Positions 16,099 to 26,182 are shown, counted from the stretch's first letter. The stretch is DNA of 64,000 bases from Pseudomonadota bacterium (GCA_046484535.1 JAWOIT010000090.1:190-64189), one strand, 5' to 3'. Notes: generated from the letters alone by a model not told the origin. Program-made: numbers and translations.

Positions 16099-17931
16099 AT
16101 GGACTTTCCCACTCCTCCCGATGTGCATGGTCTCGCCGTGATGGCGTTGGTGGTGGTGGCATTGGTGCTGTTCACCCGGGACAGACTCCCCCTTGAGACA
16201 TCGAGCCTGGTGGTGTTGGCGGTGTTGGTGGTGGGGTTTGAGCTTTTTCCCTATCGTGTGGAGGGTGAAGAGGCGCTGCATGCGACCGATTTTTTCCTCG
16301 GGTTTGGGCATGAGGCGCTGGTGGCGGTGTGTGCGCTGATGATTGCGGGGCAGGCGTTGGTGCGTACCGGTGCGTTGGAGCCGGTGGGAAGGCTGTTGGC
16401 GCGGTTGTGGTCGGTCAGTCCGGCGCTCTCGCTGCTGCTGACGCTGCTTGTGGGGGCATTGTTGAGCGCGGTTGTGAATAATGTGCCGGTTGTGGTGTTG
16501 CTGTTGCCGATTTTGGTGAGTGTCTCGCTGCGCAGCAAGCGCTCAGCCTCATCGATATTGATGCCGATGGGCTTTGCCACGCTGGTTGGGGGTATGAGTA
16601 CCACCATCGGCACCTCGACCAATCTGTTGGTGGTGTCGGTGGCGGCGGATATGGGGCTGGAGCGGATGGGTATGTTCCAGTTCTTCTTTCCGGCGGCGGT
16701 GGCCGGCGGGGTCGCGATCATTTTTCTCTGGTTGGTGGCGCCGCGAATGCTGCCGCACCGCGAAGCGCATATGGCTGATACTTCGCCGAGGATCTTCAAC
16801 GCCCACCTGTACGTCGATGAGGAAAGTTACGCCGCGGGCAAGACACTGTTGGAAGCTAGCGAGAAGGCGGGCGGTATGCTGCGGGTGACGCAAATCCAGC
16901 GCGGCGAAGAGGGGGTGCTCAAACCATTGCCGGATGTAGTGCTGCGGCCTGGTGATCGCCTGAGCGTGAAGGACACGCCGGAGAACCTCAAGGAGTTGGA
17001 GACGGTGCTGGGGACGAAGCTCTACGCCGGTGAGTCGCGGGTGGATGAGGAGCATCCGCTGGAGGATGAGGGGCAGCAGTTGGCGGAGATTGTGGTGACC
17101 CCGGGTTCGTTACTGGAGGGGAATACGCTGTCACGGCTGCGTTTTGCCGATTACTACCAACTGGTGACTCTGGCGTTACACCGTGCGGGGACGGCGATCC
17201 GGACGCTGCGCGAGGAGGTGGGGGATGTCCGGCTGAATGTGGGGGATGTGCTGTTGGTGCAGGGCAGCGCCGAGCAGATTGCCGAACTGAAGCGCAGCGG
17301 CGAGCTGTTGGTGCTGGATGCCACCAGTGATCTGCCGACTACACGACGTGCACCGGTTGCACTGTCGATCATGGCGGCGGTGGTTGTGGTGGCGGCGCTT
17401 GGGGTGTTGCCGATCGCGATCAGCGCCACCTGTGGAGTGTTGCTGTTGATCCTGACTCGTTGTCTGAGTTGGGGTGATGCGGCGCAGGCGCTGAGCACGC
17501 CGGTGATTATGATCGTGGTGGCGAGTCTTGCGCTGGGCTCTGCACTGCTCAAGACCGGTGGGGCGGAGTATTTGGCGCAGCTTTTCGTGGCGGTGAGTGC
17601 GGGCAGCTCTCCAGCGGTGATGCTGAGTGGGTTGATGCTGTTGATGGCGGTGCTGACCAACATCGTCTCCAACAATGCCGCGGCGGTGATCGGTACGCCC
17701 ATCGCCATCGGGATCTCACGCCAGTTGGGTCTGCCGCCGGAGCCATTTGTGCTGGCGGTGCTGTTCGGCGCCAACATGAGCTACGCCACGCCGATGGCCT
17801 ACAAAACGAATCTGCTGGTGATGAATGCCGGCGGTTACCGGTTCAGCGATTTTATGCGGGTGGGTGTGCCGCTGACGTTGATAGTCTGGCTGGTGCTTTC
17901 ATGGTTGTTACCGGTGATTTACCAACTTTGA
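16099..17931 (+). CDS. SLC13/DASS-family permease with two central TrkA-C (RCK C-terminal) domains
   Basis: Multi-TM N- and C-terminal halves flank two soluble repeats (LYVDEESYAAGKTLLE..VLRPGDRLSV and IVVTPGSLLEGNTLSRL..LNVGDVLLVQG). Start taken at MDFPTPP (16099). Confidence 0.85.
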   Translation: MDFPTPPDVHGLAVMALVVVALVLFTRDRLPLETSSLVVLAVLVVGFELFPYRVEGEEALHATDFFLGFGHEALVAVCALMIAGQALVRTGALEPVGRLLARLWSVSPALSLLLTLLVGALLSAVVNNVPVVVLLLPILVSVSLRSKRSASSILMPMGFATLVGGMSTTIGTSTNLLVVSVAADMGLERMGMFQFFFPAAVAGGVAIIFLWLVAPRMLPHREAHMADTSPRIFNAHLYVDEESYAAGKTLLEASEKAGGMLRVTQIQRGEEGVLKPLPDVVLRPGDRLSVKDTPENLKELETVLGTKLYAGESRVDEEHPLEDEGQQLAEIVVTPGSLLEGNTLSRLRFADYYQLVTLALHRAGTAIRTLREEVGDVRLNVGDVLLVQGSAEQIAELKRSGELLVLDATSDLPTTRRAPVALSIMAAVVVVAALGVLPIAISATCGVLLLILTRCLSWGDAAQALSTPVIMIVVASLALGSALLKTGGAEYLAQLFVAVSAGSSPAVMLSGLMLLMAVLTNIVSNNAAAVIGTPIAIGISRQLGLPPEPFVLAVLFGANMSYATPMAYKTNLLVMNAGGYRFSDFMRVGVPLTLIVWLVLSWLLPVIYQL

Positions 17932-18199
17932 CCGTTACTAATCGCCACTACGAGAAAGGCCGGATACAGCCGTCGATGCGGCGTCGGGCTATGCGGGGCG
18001 CCGTGTCAGGGCGAAAAGGATGAATCGGAGAAATGTATAAAACGTAGTTTCTTTTTGGTGACAGGGTGTATGAGCTTTGTACTGTCCGGGCCGGCTCTTG
18101 CTCGGCACATGACTTGAGGATGGTGACGGGAGACCTTACACTAGAGTGCCTTATTAATAATAACCACACAGGAACAATGTTTTAATGGAGTTCTTTGCC

Positions 18200-19024
18200 A
18201 TGACTAAAAAGCCTGCTCGGCTTTTACGCCCCCTGTTGTTCGTCGGCTACCTTACTTCTTTCGCGGCGCTGCTGTTGATGTCAAACTTGGCCAGGGCTAA
18301 TGAGGTTAGTCTTGCAATAAACCTTGGTTTGGCGCAGAAAGAGGCGGCGGAGAAGTACAAACCTGTGGTTGATTACTTAGCTCAGGCAACAGGGGAGCGG
18401 GTAAAGCTTAAGCTTAACTATAACTCTTTTGCCCACTGGGAGAAGATGCGTCGTGAGAATTACGATGTGGTGATCGATAACCCCGCGTTTACGGCGTTTC
18501 GCACCGATAGAATGGATTATACGGTAATCGGCAAGCTGCCCGATGTACTCAGCTTTACACTTGTTTCACATGTCGATGAAATGATGTTCGAGCCGGATGA
18601 ATTGATTGGTCGTAATGTCGCTAGTGTACCTTCGCCATCGATATCCGCCCTGCGTCTTGAGCAAGTTTTTTCCAATCCGATGCGACAACCGAACTATATT
18701 CCGGTAGACCATTATGCGAGTGCTTTGCAGCTCATCATGGAGGGACGCGCCATCGGCGCCATGGTGCCCACGGGGCTGCTTGGTAGTTACAACAACCTGA
18801 CTTCTGTTTATACCACAGAGCAGCTCCCCGCCCCCGGCGTCTCCGTCAGTTCAAAAGTGAGTCCCGATTTACGTAACACGATTCGCGAAGCTATGCTGAA
18901 TGCACACCAGAGCGAGGCGGGACGCACCATGCTGGAGGCGCTGAATGTCACGCAAATTGAAGCGGCAAACAATGATACCTATGCGGGTCTCGAAGTTTTG
19001 CTGGAAGGATTGTACGGTTATTAA
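18200..19024 (+). CDS. PhnD/phosphonate-type periplasmic substrate-binding protein (solitary, no ABC partners nearby)
   Basis: Signal peptide (LLFVGYLTSFAALLLMSNLARA) and PBP pattern (YKPVVDYLAQATGERVKL..YDVVIDNPAFTAF). Start is 18185 or 18200. Confidence 0.7.
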   Translation: MTKKPARLLRPLLFVGYLTSFAALLLMSNLARANEVSLAINLGLAQKEAAEKYKPVVDYLAQATGERVKLKLNYNSFAHWEKMRRENYDVVIDNPAFTAFRTDRMDYTVIGKLPDVLSFTLVSHVDEMMFEPDELIGRNVASVPSPSISALRLEQVFSNPMRQPNYIPVDHYASALQLIMEGRAIGAMVPTGLLGSYNNLTSVYTTEQLPAPGVSVSSKVSPDLRNTIREAMLNAHQSEAGRTMLEALNVTQIEAANNDTYAGLEVLLEGLYGY

Positions 19025-19442
19025 TTGAGGTGTGGGGGAGTTTTTTGGGGAATCCAATAAAAGGGAGCGGCAATAGAATTGGGTGGCGCCATTCAGTTTA
19101 ACTCCCTCACATCCAGGCTCTGAGGTTCCTTATACGTCACCACTAACGACACGGGTATGCGTCGCTGTCGTGTGGCTGATTTTTCCAACAACTTGGATAG
19201 TTGAAATGAACAAAGGTTCCGTGTTCTCCGAATTTCGGGACTAACATGGAATCCCCCCCCCCTCACTCCCGTTCCTTATCAGAAAATAAAGCTGGCTAAA
19301 TGGTGGAAGTGTGTTAGAGTGAAGGTGCTACAGAGATTTTAATCGGCATATCAAGCAGTTCCTTCCAAGTTCTTCTCGAAAATCCTTTCATTACCTGTAC
19401 GCACATTCGTTTTTTTAATTATTACTATTCAGGTGAATATAA

Positions 19443-19646
19443 ATGGCTACAGGTACTGTAAAGTGGTTTAACGAATCCAAAGGTTTTGGCTTCATTTCTC
19501 AGGACGATGGCGGTGCTGATGTGTTTGTACACTTCAGCGCGATTCAGGGTTCCGGCTTCAAGACACTGACTGAAGCCCAGGCAGTAAGCTTTGTCGTTGA
19601 GAACGGACCGAAGGGCCCGCAAGCGAGCAGCGTTACCCCTCAGTAA
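19443..19646 (+). CDS. cspA: Cold-shock protein (CspA family)
   Basis: [35 protein letters not shown] carries the RNP1/RNP2 motifs (KGFGFI, VFVHF). 67 aa, with a long AT-rich 5' leader. Confidence 0.95.
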   Translation: MATGTVKWFNESKGFGFISQDDGGADVFVHFSAIQGSGFKTLTEAQAVSFVVENGPKGPQASSVTPQ

Positions 19647-19703
19647 GTACTGCTTGGCGCCTTGCCTTGTTGTCTAACGACAGGGCGGAGGGCGACCGAG
19701 ACA

Positions 19704-19756
19704 GGCCGGCGTATTGCTTGCCCCTGAAAAGGCAGGTGCGCCGGCTTTTCTATTTT
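19704..19756 (+). terminator. Rho-independent terminator after cspA
   Basis: ggccggcg ... cgccggc long hairpin followed by ttttctatttt. Confidence 0.6.
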
Positions 19757-19976
19757 GAGCCCGGTAATGAATTCCCGGGGCGGTATATATAATTCCCTCC
19801 TAACACCCGGCCCCGGACAAATAAATATTCCGTGTTTGGAATTCGACTCCTTTGTGCCCTTACGCGTTTTCGGTTGCTTTCTTCGCGGGTGGGACTGCCA
19901 GGCCGCAGGCTTGCGGCCCGACGGCGAATTCGCTAGATTCATCCACTTGTCTCCCCGACCTTTTCCGGAGTATGTC

Positions 19977-20435
19977 ATGTTGCGAATTGTCCTCTTTTTC
20001 TTCGCTTTAACCGCGGCAGTGTCGGTGTCGGCCGATGCGCCGAAGGGTTATCCCTTTCTTCCGTTTGATCAGGCGATGAGCCAGGCGCAGGCAAAAGGGA
20101 AGCCGGTGTTTGTCTATTTTGGCCGCTACGGCTGTGGTTATTGCGAGAAGACTAATAAGGAGGCCTTCTCCCGGGCGGAAGTCAAAGAGCGCTATACGCA
20201 GCACTATGTGCTTGCCTACGTCGACTCGGAGAGCGGCAAGCGACTTCGTCTGCCCAGTGGTGAGCGCATTACTGAGCGTGAGTTGGGGACCCGTTACAAT
20301 GCCTTTGTCACACCGGTGTTCTCCTACCTGGACAGTAGCGGAGCGTTGCTGCACCGTTTGGTCGGTGTGCAGAGCAAGGCGACCCTGCTGGAGGCCGACG
20401 TGACGGCGCGGGCGAAACTGGCCGGGGAGGAGTAG
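19977..20435 (+). CDS. Secreted thioredoxin-fold protein (CxxC)
   Basis: Start at MLRIVLFFFALTAAVSVSADA (signal peptide). Thioredoxin_7-like KPVFVYFGRYGCGYCEKTNKEAF. Confidence 0.8.
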   Translation: MLRIVLFFFALTAAVSVSADAPKGYPFLPFDQAMSQAQAKGKPVFVYFGRYGCGYCEKTNKEAFSRAEVKERYTQHYVLAYVDSESGKRLRLPSGERITERELGTRYNAFVTPVFSYLDSSGALLHRLVGVQSKATLLEADVTARAKLAGEE

Positions 20436-20439
20436 AGGT

Positions 20440-21648
20440 ATGCGCAGGGCAGTCTATTGGTTTTTTCCCTTTCTCTTCTCCACCGGCGCGGCGGCGGACT
20501 GGGAGTTTTCACCGCCGCTGACCATCAGTGATCAGGCCGGTGAGCGCTTTTTCCACCACCTGGAGTCCGCCGGGCGGCGCAATATTGCCGTCTCGGGCGA
20601 GACCGTGGCGGTGGCCTGGGAGGATGACCGGGACGGTACCCCGCGGATCTATCTGGCGCGCAAGGGGCTGGATGATGCGGACTTCTCTTCCGCCCTGCAG
20701 GTAAGCGGTGAGGGGGAGGCATTTGAACCGAGCATGGTGGCGCTGGAGGGCGGACGTTTTGCGCTGGCCTGGGAGGAGGAAGGTCGGGTGCGGCTGCGAG
20801 TGGTGAACCGTGAGGGGCGGCCGGGCCCGTTGATTGAGCTCGGGGAGGGGGAATCGGTACAGCCGAGCCTGCACTTTGGAGAGGGGACGTTGCGCCTGGT
20901 TACGGCAGAGCGCGAGGGGCGCTTCTCCCGCATCTATTTTCACCGTTTTGCCCTGCGCAAGGGTGAGTTGAAGCCACTTCGGCGCTGCGCCGTGGATGCC
21001 GCACCGCCGGAGGATCAGCAGCTCTACCCGACGCTCGCCCGGCAGCAGGGGGTGACGGTAGTGGCCTGGGAGGATCGCCGCCCCGGACACACCATCATCA
21101 TGGCCGCAGAGAGTGAGGACGGTAAGGCGTGCGCCTTTTCCGATCCTAAGCGTATTAGTCTGCCGCCGGAGGATGAGGAGGAGGCGCCCTACGGGCGCGG
21201 CCACGGCGTGGCGCGGGTGGCGTTGGCAAGTTTCGGCAGTGATGGGATCTATGCCGCCTGGGCCGATAAGCGTGACTTTCGTGAGGGGTATGACATCTAC
21301 GGAGCCGGTTGGCGTACGGAGCAGGGATTCGGTGCCAACGAGCGGGTGCAGGATGAATTCGGCGGCGTGGCCCGACAGTGGCATGTCACGCTGGCCGGTC
21401 AGGTGCAGGGGCGTCTGGTAGCCGCCTGGACTGATGAGCGCGACGGCAATGCTGACGTGCTGTTTAGCCGGCGGGAAGATGGGCAGTGGAGTGATGATCG
21501 CTCCCTACCGGGCGCCTCGGGCGCGGGAGAGCAGCTGCACCCTTCCATCACTTTGGATGGCGCGGGCAATCTCCACGCCGCCTGGGTGGAACGCGACGAG
21601 GTAGGCGGGTCCACACGGTTGCGGTACGCCGTCGGCCGGCTGCGCTAA
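20440..21648 (+). CDS. Secreted beta-propeller-like repeat protein (sialidase/BNR-like impression), function unknown
   Basis: Signal peptide MRRAVYWFFPFLFSTGAAA. Six repeats end in AW-[ETAV]-[DE]-x-R-[DP]-G-like strands (AVAWEDDRDG, VVAWEDRRPG, YAAWADKRDF, VAAWTDERDG, HAAWVERDE). Starts 4 nt after the thioredoxin-fold gene. Confidence 0.7.
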   Translation: MRRAVYWFFPFLFSTGAAADWEFSPPLTISDQAGERFFHHLESAGRRNIAVSGETVAVAWEDDRDGTPRIYLARKGLDDADFSSALQVSGEGEAFEPSMVALEGGRFALAWEEEGRVRLRVVNREGRPGPLIELGEGESVQPSLHFGEGTLRLVTAEREGRFSRIYFHRFALRKGELKPLRRCAVDAAPPEDQQLYPTLARQQGVTVVAWEDRRPGHTIIMAAESEDGKACAFSDPKRISLPPEDEEEAPYGRGHGVARVALASFGSDGIYAAWADKRDFREGYDIYGAGWRTEQGFGANERVQDEFGGVARQWHVTLAGQVQGRLVAAWTDERDGNADVLFSRREDGQWSDDRSLPGASGAGEQLHPSITLDGAGNLHAAWVERDEVGGSTRLRYAVGRLR

Positions 21649-22097
21649 AGGGTGTGCGGCGGGGTGTTGGCTTCGTCCAGCCCGTGCTGGAACAATCCTT
21701 CTAAGAGCCACGTTTTGTCGGAATTGGCATCGACTGGCATGGCGATGGCGCATGCCTCACGGATTCTGCGTTGTGGAGCTCCCATAAAAGCGGGATCAAG
21801 GAGAAGTGAGCCATAGAGCCTTGTTTGTTTTGTATGGCGGCACGGGATAGCCGGCGACACATGCGGTATCAGGCGAATATGGTTATAGCGTCGGCAGGCG
21901 CGATCCGCCTTTTACTTGTGATTGAGTGTGATTAACGAAAGACGATTCGAAGTTGACCCCGGCGAGCTCTGGCGGTTGTCTTTCCTCTGCTGTAATGCCT
22001 CCCCTCTCGTGTAGTATTTCTCGTGCGGTTGAGCCGGTAATGTTATCTATACTGTTAAAGTTAGTCATAAAACATGCTGTAGTTGACGGAGGAAGCG

Positions 22098-22319
22098 ATG
22101 AATTCACACTTGATGGTCGTGCTTGTCCTTGTCGGTCTGGTTGTAGTGTTTGTGATTCAGAATGTGGTGGCGGTCGAAGTCCGGTTCCTCTTTTGGTCAT
22201 TAGGAATATCTCTTTCGCTACTCATATTTTTGCTACTGGTCACGGGCGTCATTGTCGGTTGGTTTTTGCGTAGCTATATAAGTCACAGAAGAAATAAATC
22301 GATGAGGAAAGGCGGCTAA
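22098..22319 (+). CDS. LapA-domain (DUF1049-like) small inner-membrane protein
   Basis: Two TM segments (LMVVLVLVGLVVVFVIQN, LSLLIFLLLVTGVIVGWFL). ATG 22098 has GGAGG 6 nt upstream. Confidence 0.55.
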   Translation: MNSHLMVVLVLVGLVVVFVIQNVVAVEVRFLFWSLGISLSLLIFLLLVTGVIVGWFLRSYISHRRNKSMRKGG

Positions 22320-22669
22320 AATGTCGGTTCAGGGAGGAAGTGTTTTTGATAAAGTGACTGTGGCCTTGCCTCGTTTAAGAAGTTGAGCTTCATGAAAAAT
22401 AGGCGATGACGTAAAAATAATTTTCTTTTACGGTGACGTTTAAGATAAATAAGCTTGATGAGCGTGTTCGTGTCATCAAAAGGCGTACGTTAAGTGGTGT
22501 TTTGCAGCGTTCATATATCTGTAAACACACATCTCCATCCACGTTTTTTACTGAAGAGAGTGTCCGGTCAGCGCGGCGGGATTAGGAGAATTCCGGTGAC
22601 AGCATACTTAATTCACCCAGTCACTATACTGCCTTTAGGGTTGGTCTCATTGCGCCCTCATTTCCATCC

Positions 22670-22683
22670 TTGACCCAAATCAA
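22670..22683. promoter_or_regulatory. FNR/Dnr/NnrR-type box upstream of nnrS
   Basis: TTGACccaaATCAA against the consensus TTGAT-N4-ATCAA. The centre is ~65 nt upstream of the nnrS ATG. Confidence 0.5.
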
Positions 22684-22741
22684 TCCCGAAGCACAGTGCA
22701 GCGACTACGCTATAGCTACTATGAAGTTCAGGTAGGATATT

Positions 22742-23941
22742 ATGGCTCTTGTTGAAATTCAGACTCCGCCCTCCGGGCCGCTAAACAACGGACTCACCTT
22801 ATTTGCCCTGGGTTTTCGCCCCTTTTTCCTATTCGCCGGTTTTGCGGCGATTGTGTTGCTGGGTTTGTGGTTATTGATCTATCGGGAGGCGTTGCCGGCG
22901 CCGGGTTACTACGGGGGCATCGCCTGGCACGGGCATGAGATGCTGTTCGGCTATACCATCTCGGTGGTGGCCGGTTTTCTGCTCACGGCGGTGCGGAACT
23001 GGACCGGGATCCAGACGCCGCGCTACTGGCCGCTGGGCGGGCTGGCGCTGTTGTGGCTGTTGGGGAGGCTGGTGCCGTTCGTGCCAGGGCTACCGGGGTG
23101 GCTCGTTGCGCTGGTGGATTTCGCCTTCCTGCCGCTGCTGGCGCTGGGGATCGCCGTTCCGTTGTTCCGGAGCAAGCAGCCGAGCAATATCCCCTTCGTA
23201 TTTATCCTCCTGGTGCTGGCTGTAGCCAATGCTCTATTTCACCTGGAGCTGCTTGGTTGGGCGGAAAATACCCTGCAGGCGGGGATTCGTCTGGCGGTGG
23301 GGGTGATCGTGTTACTCATCGCGGTGATGGGCGGGCGGGTGATCCCGTTCTTTATCGAGCGGGGGCTGCCGGGGGTGCAGAACCGCAACTGGCCGTGGCT
23401 GGAGAAGCCGGCGATTGCCTCGGTGATGCTCTTTGTGCCGGCGGATCTTTTCCTGCCGGGCAGTGGTGTGACTATTGCCGTCACCTTCGCCGCGGCGGCG
23501 ATTCATCTTCTGCGCGTGGCGGGGTGGTATCACCACCGGGTGTGGACGGTTTCGTTGTTATGGGTGCTGTTCATCGGTTACCTCTGGATCGGCATCGGCC
23601 TGTTGCTGCACGCCCTTGCCGGTATGGGGCTGATTAATCCGATGCCGGCGCTGCACGCCTTTACCGTGGGCGCTATCGGCGTCCTGACCCTGGGAATGAT
23701 GGTGCGGGTGTCCATCGGCCATACCGGGCGGCAGATGCAGGCACATCCGCTGATGGGCTGGGCCTTCGCCTTTGTCGCGGCGGCGGCGGTGGTGCGGGTG
23801 ATTGTACCGATGATCTGGCCCGGTTTGTATGTGCGCTGGGTCGATATTGCCGGATTGCTGTGGATGCTGGGGTTTGTGCCGTTTGTGGTGATCTACTATC
23901 CGATGCTCACCAAGCCGCGGGTGGATGGGCAGGATGGGTAA
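22742..23941 (+). CDS. nnrS: NnrS family membrane protein (NO-stress associated haem/copper protein)
   Basis: About 12 TM helices. N-terminal signature FALGFRPFFLFAGFAAIVLLGLW...WHGHEMLFGYTISVVAGFLLTAVRNWTG. Confidence 0.9.
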   Translation: MALVEIQTPPSGPLNNGLTLFALGFRPFFLFAGFAAIVLLGLWLLIYREALPAPGYYGGIAWHGHEMLFGYTISVVAGFLLTAVRNWTGIQTPRYWPLGGLALLWLLGRLVPFVPGLPGWLVALVDFAFLPLLALGIAVPLFRSKQPSNIPFVFILLVLAVANALFHLELLGWAENTLQAGIRLAVGVIVLLIAVMGGRVIPFFIERGLPGVQNRNWPWLEKPAIASVMLFVPADLFLPGSGVTIAVTFAAAAIHLLRVAGWYHHRVWTVSLLWVLFIGYLWIGIGLLLHALAGMGLINPMPALHAFTVGAIGVLTLGMMVRVSIGHTGRQMQAHPLMGWAFAFVAAAAVVRVIVPMIWPGLYVRWVDIAGLLWMLGFVPFVVIYYPMLTKPRVDGQDG

Positions 23942-23954
23942 TCTAAATAACGAG

Positions 23955-24013
23955 TAGGAGCGGCATCCTGCCGCGATTAAAATAATAAATTCGCGGCTGG
24001 AAGCCGCTCCTAC
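23955..24013. repeat. REP family C doublet (inverted pair)
   Basis: gtaggagcggcatcctgccgcga - 13 nt - tcgcggctggaagccgctcctac. Each arm is itself a short hairpin (gcggct-tcc-agccgc). Confidence 0.85.
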
Positions 24014-24062
24014 AGTTTGCGAAAGCTGATATGGTAGGAGGAGGCAACATCGGGAGCTTCCC

Positions 24063-24368
24063 TTGAAACTCGTCTACACCACCTCCAACGCCCTGCTGGT
24101 CAACCATGTGCGCAACCTCCTGGAGGTGGCGGGCATCGAGGTACGGATGAAAAACCAATTTCTCGGCGGCGGTGCCGGTGAGTTGCCGCCGACCGAGGCG
24201 TGGCCGGAGCTGTGGGTGGATGAGGCGGATTTCAGCCGCGCTGAGCAGGTGGTTATGGAGTTTACCCAATCTGATCGACCCCAAACGGAGTGGCGCTGTC
24301 CCAACTGCGGCGAACAGGTTGAGGGGCAGTTCAGTGTCTGCTGGAACTGTGGTACCCCCCGCCCTTAG
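24063..24368 (+). CDS. DUF2007-type small protein with a C-terminal zinc-ribbon
   Basis: TTG start with GGGAG 6 nt upstream. MKLVYTTSNALLVNHVRNLLEVAGIEV... and CPNCGEQVEGQFSVCWNCG. Confidence 0.65.
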   Translation: MKLVYTTSNALLVNHVRNLLEVAGIEVRMKNQFLGGGAGELPPTEAWPELWVDEADFSRAEQVVMEFTQSDRPQTEWRCPNCGEQVEGQFSVCWNCGTPRP

Positions 24369-24685
24369 AAGCAGCCTCAAAATTGCTCTGGCACGCTGAT
24401 ACGGTGTTGATCCGGAGAAGATCCCGAAACTGTTGCGCGCCTGTAAAAACATGTCCCTAAAACGGGCTGCGGTTGGAGGATGAGCGTGAGCGCTGGCTGA
24501 CGGCGCTGGCGGAGATCTCCGCGCAACTCTCCGCTCAGCAGGCCACTGCGTCAGGAGGAGATCACCGAGGAGATCGAAAACATCCTGCTGGGATCTGAGG
24601 GGGGCGGTGGTTGGTTTCCGGGTCGCCGCTGATGGTAAGGAGCGGTGCCGGGGGACACAAAATCGCGACCGGGGCGGTCGCTCCC

Positions 24686-24765
24686 ACAGGGGGAGTGGCG
24701 AACGTCCGGCCGCGATAAAGCATCTCAGTGGGTCTGTGGGAGCGGTCGTCCCGGCCGCGATTAAG
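24686..24765. repeat. Two degenerate direct copies of REP family C
   Basis: acagggggagtggcgaacgtccggccgcgataaag and ctgtgggagcggtcgtcccggccgcgattaagg. Confidence 0.45.
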
Positions 24766-24768
24766 GCT

Positions 24769-25227
24769 TCAGGCCAGGTAGCGCCCGCCGGCACCCACGG
24801 CGATGGTGATCACCCCCAGGATCGCGTTGATGCCGACCATATCGCGGATACGGTCGATATGCGCCTTGCCCTTGGGCCAGGCCTGCTCGGCCACCGCCTG
24901 CTTGAGCTTTTTGAAGGGGACGAAGTAGACATAGAGGTAGATGGCGATCATCAGCAGCCCCAGCCCGTGCATCACATGGATATAGAGTCCCGCACTGGCC
25001 ATGCCGCCGAAGACCCCGAATAGCATCCAGTATCCGGTTGCCGGGATGATGATCACCGAGGCCCAGACCCAGGGGAAGAAGCGGTTGAACACCCCCACCC
25101 ACAACGGCTGGCGCATCGGCGGCTCCAGTTGCGCCGCGGCGACCGGGCGCAGCATCTGGTGGGCGAAGATCATCCCGCCGACCCAGATAACGGCGGCCAG
25201 CAGATGGAGGGTGACGGCGATACTCAT
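24769..25227 (-). CDS. CopD-like / 4-TM inner-membrane protein
   Basis: 152 aa with four hydrophobic helices. The N-terminus TLHLLAAVIWVGGMIF resembles CopD-family proteins. Assignment from memory. Confidence 0.6.
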   Translation of the reverse strand: MSIAVTLHLLAAVIWVGGMIFAHQMLRPVAAAQLEPPMRQPLWVGVFNRFFPWVWASVIIIPATGYWMLFGVFGGMASAGLYIHVMHGLGLLMIAIYLYVYFVPFKKLKQAVAEQAWPKGKAHIDRIRDMVGINAILGVITIAVGAGGRYLA

Positions 25228-25482
25228 TGGTGTTTTTCTCCTTAAGCGGTTCTTTACATTATGGTTTGACGGTTTGGCCGGTTAGCATGGTCAAACGGCA
25301 ATCAGCTGCCCGGTTCCTGCTATACAGGTTGGGGTCAGGAGGCGGTATGGCAAGTATAACCGAGGGGTTTTGTCGTCCAAATGTCGCAATACGGCGGTTT
25401 AACAGGTAATATTTGCGGTTCTTTTGTGGTCGCCGTCGGCGGTATCGGCGGTACGAACAACCAATTTTAAGAGGCGAATACC

Positions 25483-26175
25483 ATGGCGGATTACAAGATT
25501 GCCCCCTCCATCCTGTCGGCCGACTTTGCCCGCCTGGGTGAGGAAGTTGATAACGTTATCGCATCCGGTACCGACATCGTGCACTTCGATGTCATGGACA
25601 ACCACTATGTGCCCAACCTGACCATCGGTCCGCTGGTCTGCGAGGCGCTGCGCAAGCATGGCGTTACCGCCGACATCGATGTTCACCTGATGGTCAAGCC
25701 GGTGGATCGCATCGTCCCCGACTTCGCTGCGGCCGGTGCCTCCTACATCACCTTCCACCCGGAGGCCTCCGACCATATCGATCGCACCCTGCAGTTGATT
25801 AAGGGTGAAGGCTGCAAGGCCGGCCTGGTGTTCAACCCGGCCACCCCGCTGGATGTACTGGAGTGGGTCATCGACAAGGTCGACATGGTGCTGCTGATGT
25901 CCGTCAATCCCGGCTTCGGCGGTCAGAGCTTCATCCCGGCGACGCTTGAAAAGCTGCGCCAGGCCCGCAAAATCATTGATGAGTCAGGCCGTGACATCCG
26001 CCTGGAGATCGACGGCGGCGTGAAGGCCGACAATATCCGTGAGATCGCCGAAGCGGGCGCCGACACCTTCGTCGCCGGTTCCGGTATCTTCGGCAAGGGC
26101 CAGGAAAGCGATCCGAACCGCTACGACACCATCGTCAAGCAGTTCCGCGACGAACTGGCCAAGGTCGGTAAGTAA
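25483..26175 (+). CDS. rpe: Ribulose-phosphate 3-epimerase
   Basis: [50 protein letters not shown]. Confidence 0.95.
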   Translation: MADYKIAPSILSADFARLGEEVDNVIASGTDIVHFDVMDNHYVPNLTIGPLVCEALRKHGVTADIDVHLMVKPVDRIVPDFAAAGASYITFHPEASDHIDRTLQLIKGEGCKAGLVFNPATPLDVLEWVIDKVDMVLLMSVNPGFGGQSFIPATLEKLRQARKIIDESGRDIRLEIDGGVKADNIREIAEAGADTFVAGSGIFGKGQESDPNRYDTIVKQFRDELAKVGK

Positions 26176-26182
26176 AAACCGC

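Noticed and set aside
21645-22200. 71-aa and 105-aa minus-strand ORFs between the propeller gene and the lapA-like gene
   Set aside because: No RBS or recognisable domain. One overlaps the lapA-like gene in antisense. They could be pseudogene debris, but I cannot support a call.
24400-24600. Frames reading ...ERERWLTALAEISAQLSAQ... and ...LRQEEITEEIENILLG..., suggestive of a frameshifted small-gene remnant
   Set aside because: The fragments are in two different frames with stops around them, and I recognise no family. The evidence is insufficient for a pseudogene call.
23943-24794. 283-aa minus-strand ORF
   Set aside because: It is Pro/Arg/Ala-rich low complexity. It runs through the REP-C doublet, the antisense of the DUF2007 gene, and degenerate REP copies. 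There is no RBS.
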